From Tubulanus polymorphus (Eukaryota; Animalia; Nemertea), in NCBI RefSeq assembly GCF_964204645.1, contig NC_134029.1:11186850-11250849 (forward strand): a DNA stretch of 64,000 nucleotides. Direction: 5' to 3'. Shown in pieces: positions 61,824 through 64,000 of this stretch; positions within the stretch are counted from its first letter, which is position 1, and every line of letters begins with the position of its first letter. Made by a program: the position numbers and the translations under genes. The notes beneath the pieces are model-generated. The model made no database searches. It had not been told where the DNA came from and worked only from the letters and a program-made list of their open reading frames with translations.

Positions 61824-62889
61824 GTATTTGATAGTTTATATATTCATTAAAATTCTTGAAAAATTGAAGGTATCTGACAGGCTTGTAGCTAGAATTGCTT
61901 TGATTATTACATGAGAATTAACTGTAGATTGTCTTAACTTAAGGGATAATATAAATTACTAGAAAATTTGCTTCTAGGGTTATTTATTTGAAAATGAACT
62001 TCATATTCATTTTGAGGTCAGCCATAGGCTGAGCCTATTATTTAAATGACATTGTTTCCAGAGGAAAGGCCTTTTGACTGTGCAACAGGGCATATATTCA
62101 TACAAATCATTCATTAAAGCATTAACCATTCTCCAATTCTTAAGAGTGCTGAATTTTGAAAAAGAGTCTCTGAAATTCACATGAGGCTTTTCACGAAAAC
62201 TGAACGCAAAAATATCAGTTTTAAAAAGCCAAGCTGAAAGCAAAGTCTCCTCTATGATTGGCCTAGCCACAGAAATCAGCAGGTGTTCGACCCCGTGGTA
62301 TTGTGTACAGTTTTACTTCCAGGTTTTATTTTAAAATTTAAAATTGTATTTCAAGATCGATTTCTGTGAAGGCTGATTCGATTTTTGGGAAGAATATTTC
62401 TATTTGTGCTACAGAAAATGTCATTGACTATGCAAGGTTCGGGAAAAATAGCCATTTCTCCAATCAGTAGAAGACCTTGATATGCTAATTTCGCATGTGC
62501 TCGCATAGCAAATTCAATCAAATTTTATTCAGCAAAAATCATCATCGTCCAATTCAGTTTTACTTTATTGAATAAATGAACCATCAAATCCAATTCAATT
62601 TTTATAACAATTTTACATAAAATCCAATTCAATTCTATTCTGCATTCAAATCAATAAGATCAAGGGAAATGATTGATCTGAGGTATTCGTTCCTGCCATC
62701 TCCCCATCTGAGCTACTTATTTAAACACAATTGTATTGTGTAAAATATATTGAGTGGGGAGTGCATTTGACAACCCCACAGATTGCATCATTTGCCATTT
62801 ATGAAAAGCGGTAGTGCCCCTTGGGACTCTTGTTGCTCAATTGTCATAATTAACTCAGAGCTTGGATAGACATGGTCCTGATATTTTTT

Positions 62890-63305
62890 AACCCACTTCA
62901 GACTTAAGTCCCAATGGGCTTTTGCATTCACCTTTCATCTGTTGTGCATCTGTTCATCTCTAGGTCTGTAGACAGAATCCAGTTGTTTTGTGAAATGTTG
63001 AGTACGTTACAATGGATTGTCTTGATATTTGGGTTATATCTACCCATCACATAATCTACAGCCAAAACTGGCCCAATCCGATTCATTATGATGATTGGCA
63101 GCCATTGTCGTTCACCAAGACGGGGCGCATACTCATTTTTCAGGGCAGTTTTGAAGACTCTTTGGTCAATTTTCTTAATATATCTATGCATATATGTATC
63201 CCCTAGCCAATCATCGCAAAAATTGGGTCAATCACACACAAGATAGCTGTCCTGTAACTTTTTTTGAGTCTGAAAGGGTAATTTTTGGCTTGAATTCTGA
63301 AATCT
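62890..63305 (-). repeat. Old degraded family A copy
   Basis: acccacttcagacttaagtcccaatgggct ... tgaattctga. Confidence 0.7.
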
Positions 63306-64000
63306 GTATGTCAATATTTCTTAACTTACAGTTAGTCTCCTATCGACACAAAAATTCAATCATCACAACTTATCAAAGTCACCAAAATATTTTGCAAATC
63401 GAAATTATTAAATGCTTCCTCTAAGCTGTTGATGATAAAATCAAATTATATTAACAGATATGAGAACATCGGAACTATTTAATGCACGTAAGCCTACCAA
63501 TATGTGGCAGAAAAGTGCCTCTAACAAACTACCGAACTATTCGAACAAATTTGAACTAGTTTATTATGGTCCCCAAATGCTGGGCAACCGCATCTGAGCA
63601 CCTAGAAATATAAATTTTTTTGCATGTTTCTTAAAAAACCAAAGCCTCAGAGAATGTTCCATAACACCGGTCGAAGCTAATTTTCTAGGAGATTTCAGAT
63701 GGGGTGTTGGGTAGCTACCTATAGAAAATAAATGATGTGTGACAGACCACTAGAGAGAAACAGAGCGTGACTGAACACTACCAAATATCTGCCTAGTACA
63801 AATTTGAGTGAGTGTAGTGTAGTCATGCTCCGTTTCTCCATAGGATATTTTTTTGCGACAGCGCCACGGCGCTGGAGCATATTAAGATGATCAAACCACC
63901 TGGTGTCTTCCAATACCACCACCTAGTGGGCTCAATTCAAGTTCAAATATACTTTATTAATACTTATTCAAATATACTTAATTAATACTTTATTCAATAC

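Overview
Eukaryotic, intron-containing and very repeat-rich genomic DNA, probably from a marine invertebrate (the species cannot be fixed from sequence alone). Bases 1-8332 are one end of a strongly AT-rich, apparently intact endogenous Polinton/Maverick-like (adintovirus-like) virus. It carries eight head-to-tail minus-strand ORFs: protein-primed PolB with zinc-finger, OTU-like and endonuclease-VII-like modules, an OB-fold-like protein, a penton/minor capsid protein, small membrane proteins and an edge-truncated ORF missing from the ORF track. It ends in a 405-nt imperfect hairpin whose mismatches are strand-biased. Its genes carry two conserved upstream motifs, one matching the poxvirus late-promoter pattern T6-N7-8-TAAATG. 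The element sits about 125 bp downstream of the stop codon of host MTIF3 (minus strand). The rest of the window holds a decayed Gypsy element with several nested insertions (including an internally deleted LTR element with intact LTRs, PBS, PPT and TSD, and a P-like transposon), Helentron-like repeats, a 60-bp satellite, a 5.75-kb CACTA-like element, and the first five coding exons of FIP1L1 (plus strand), whose introns are full of foldback MITEs. All protein assignments are by motif recognition; no database search was run.
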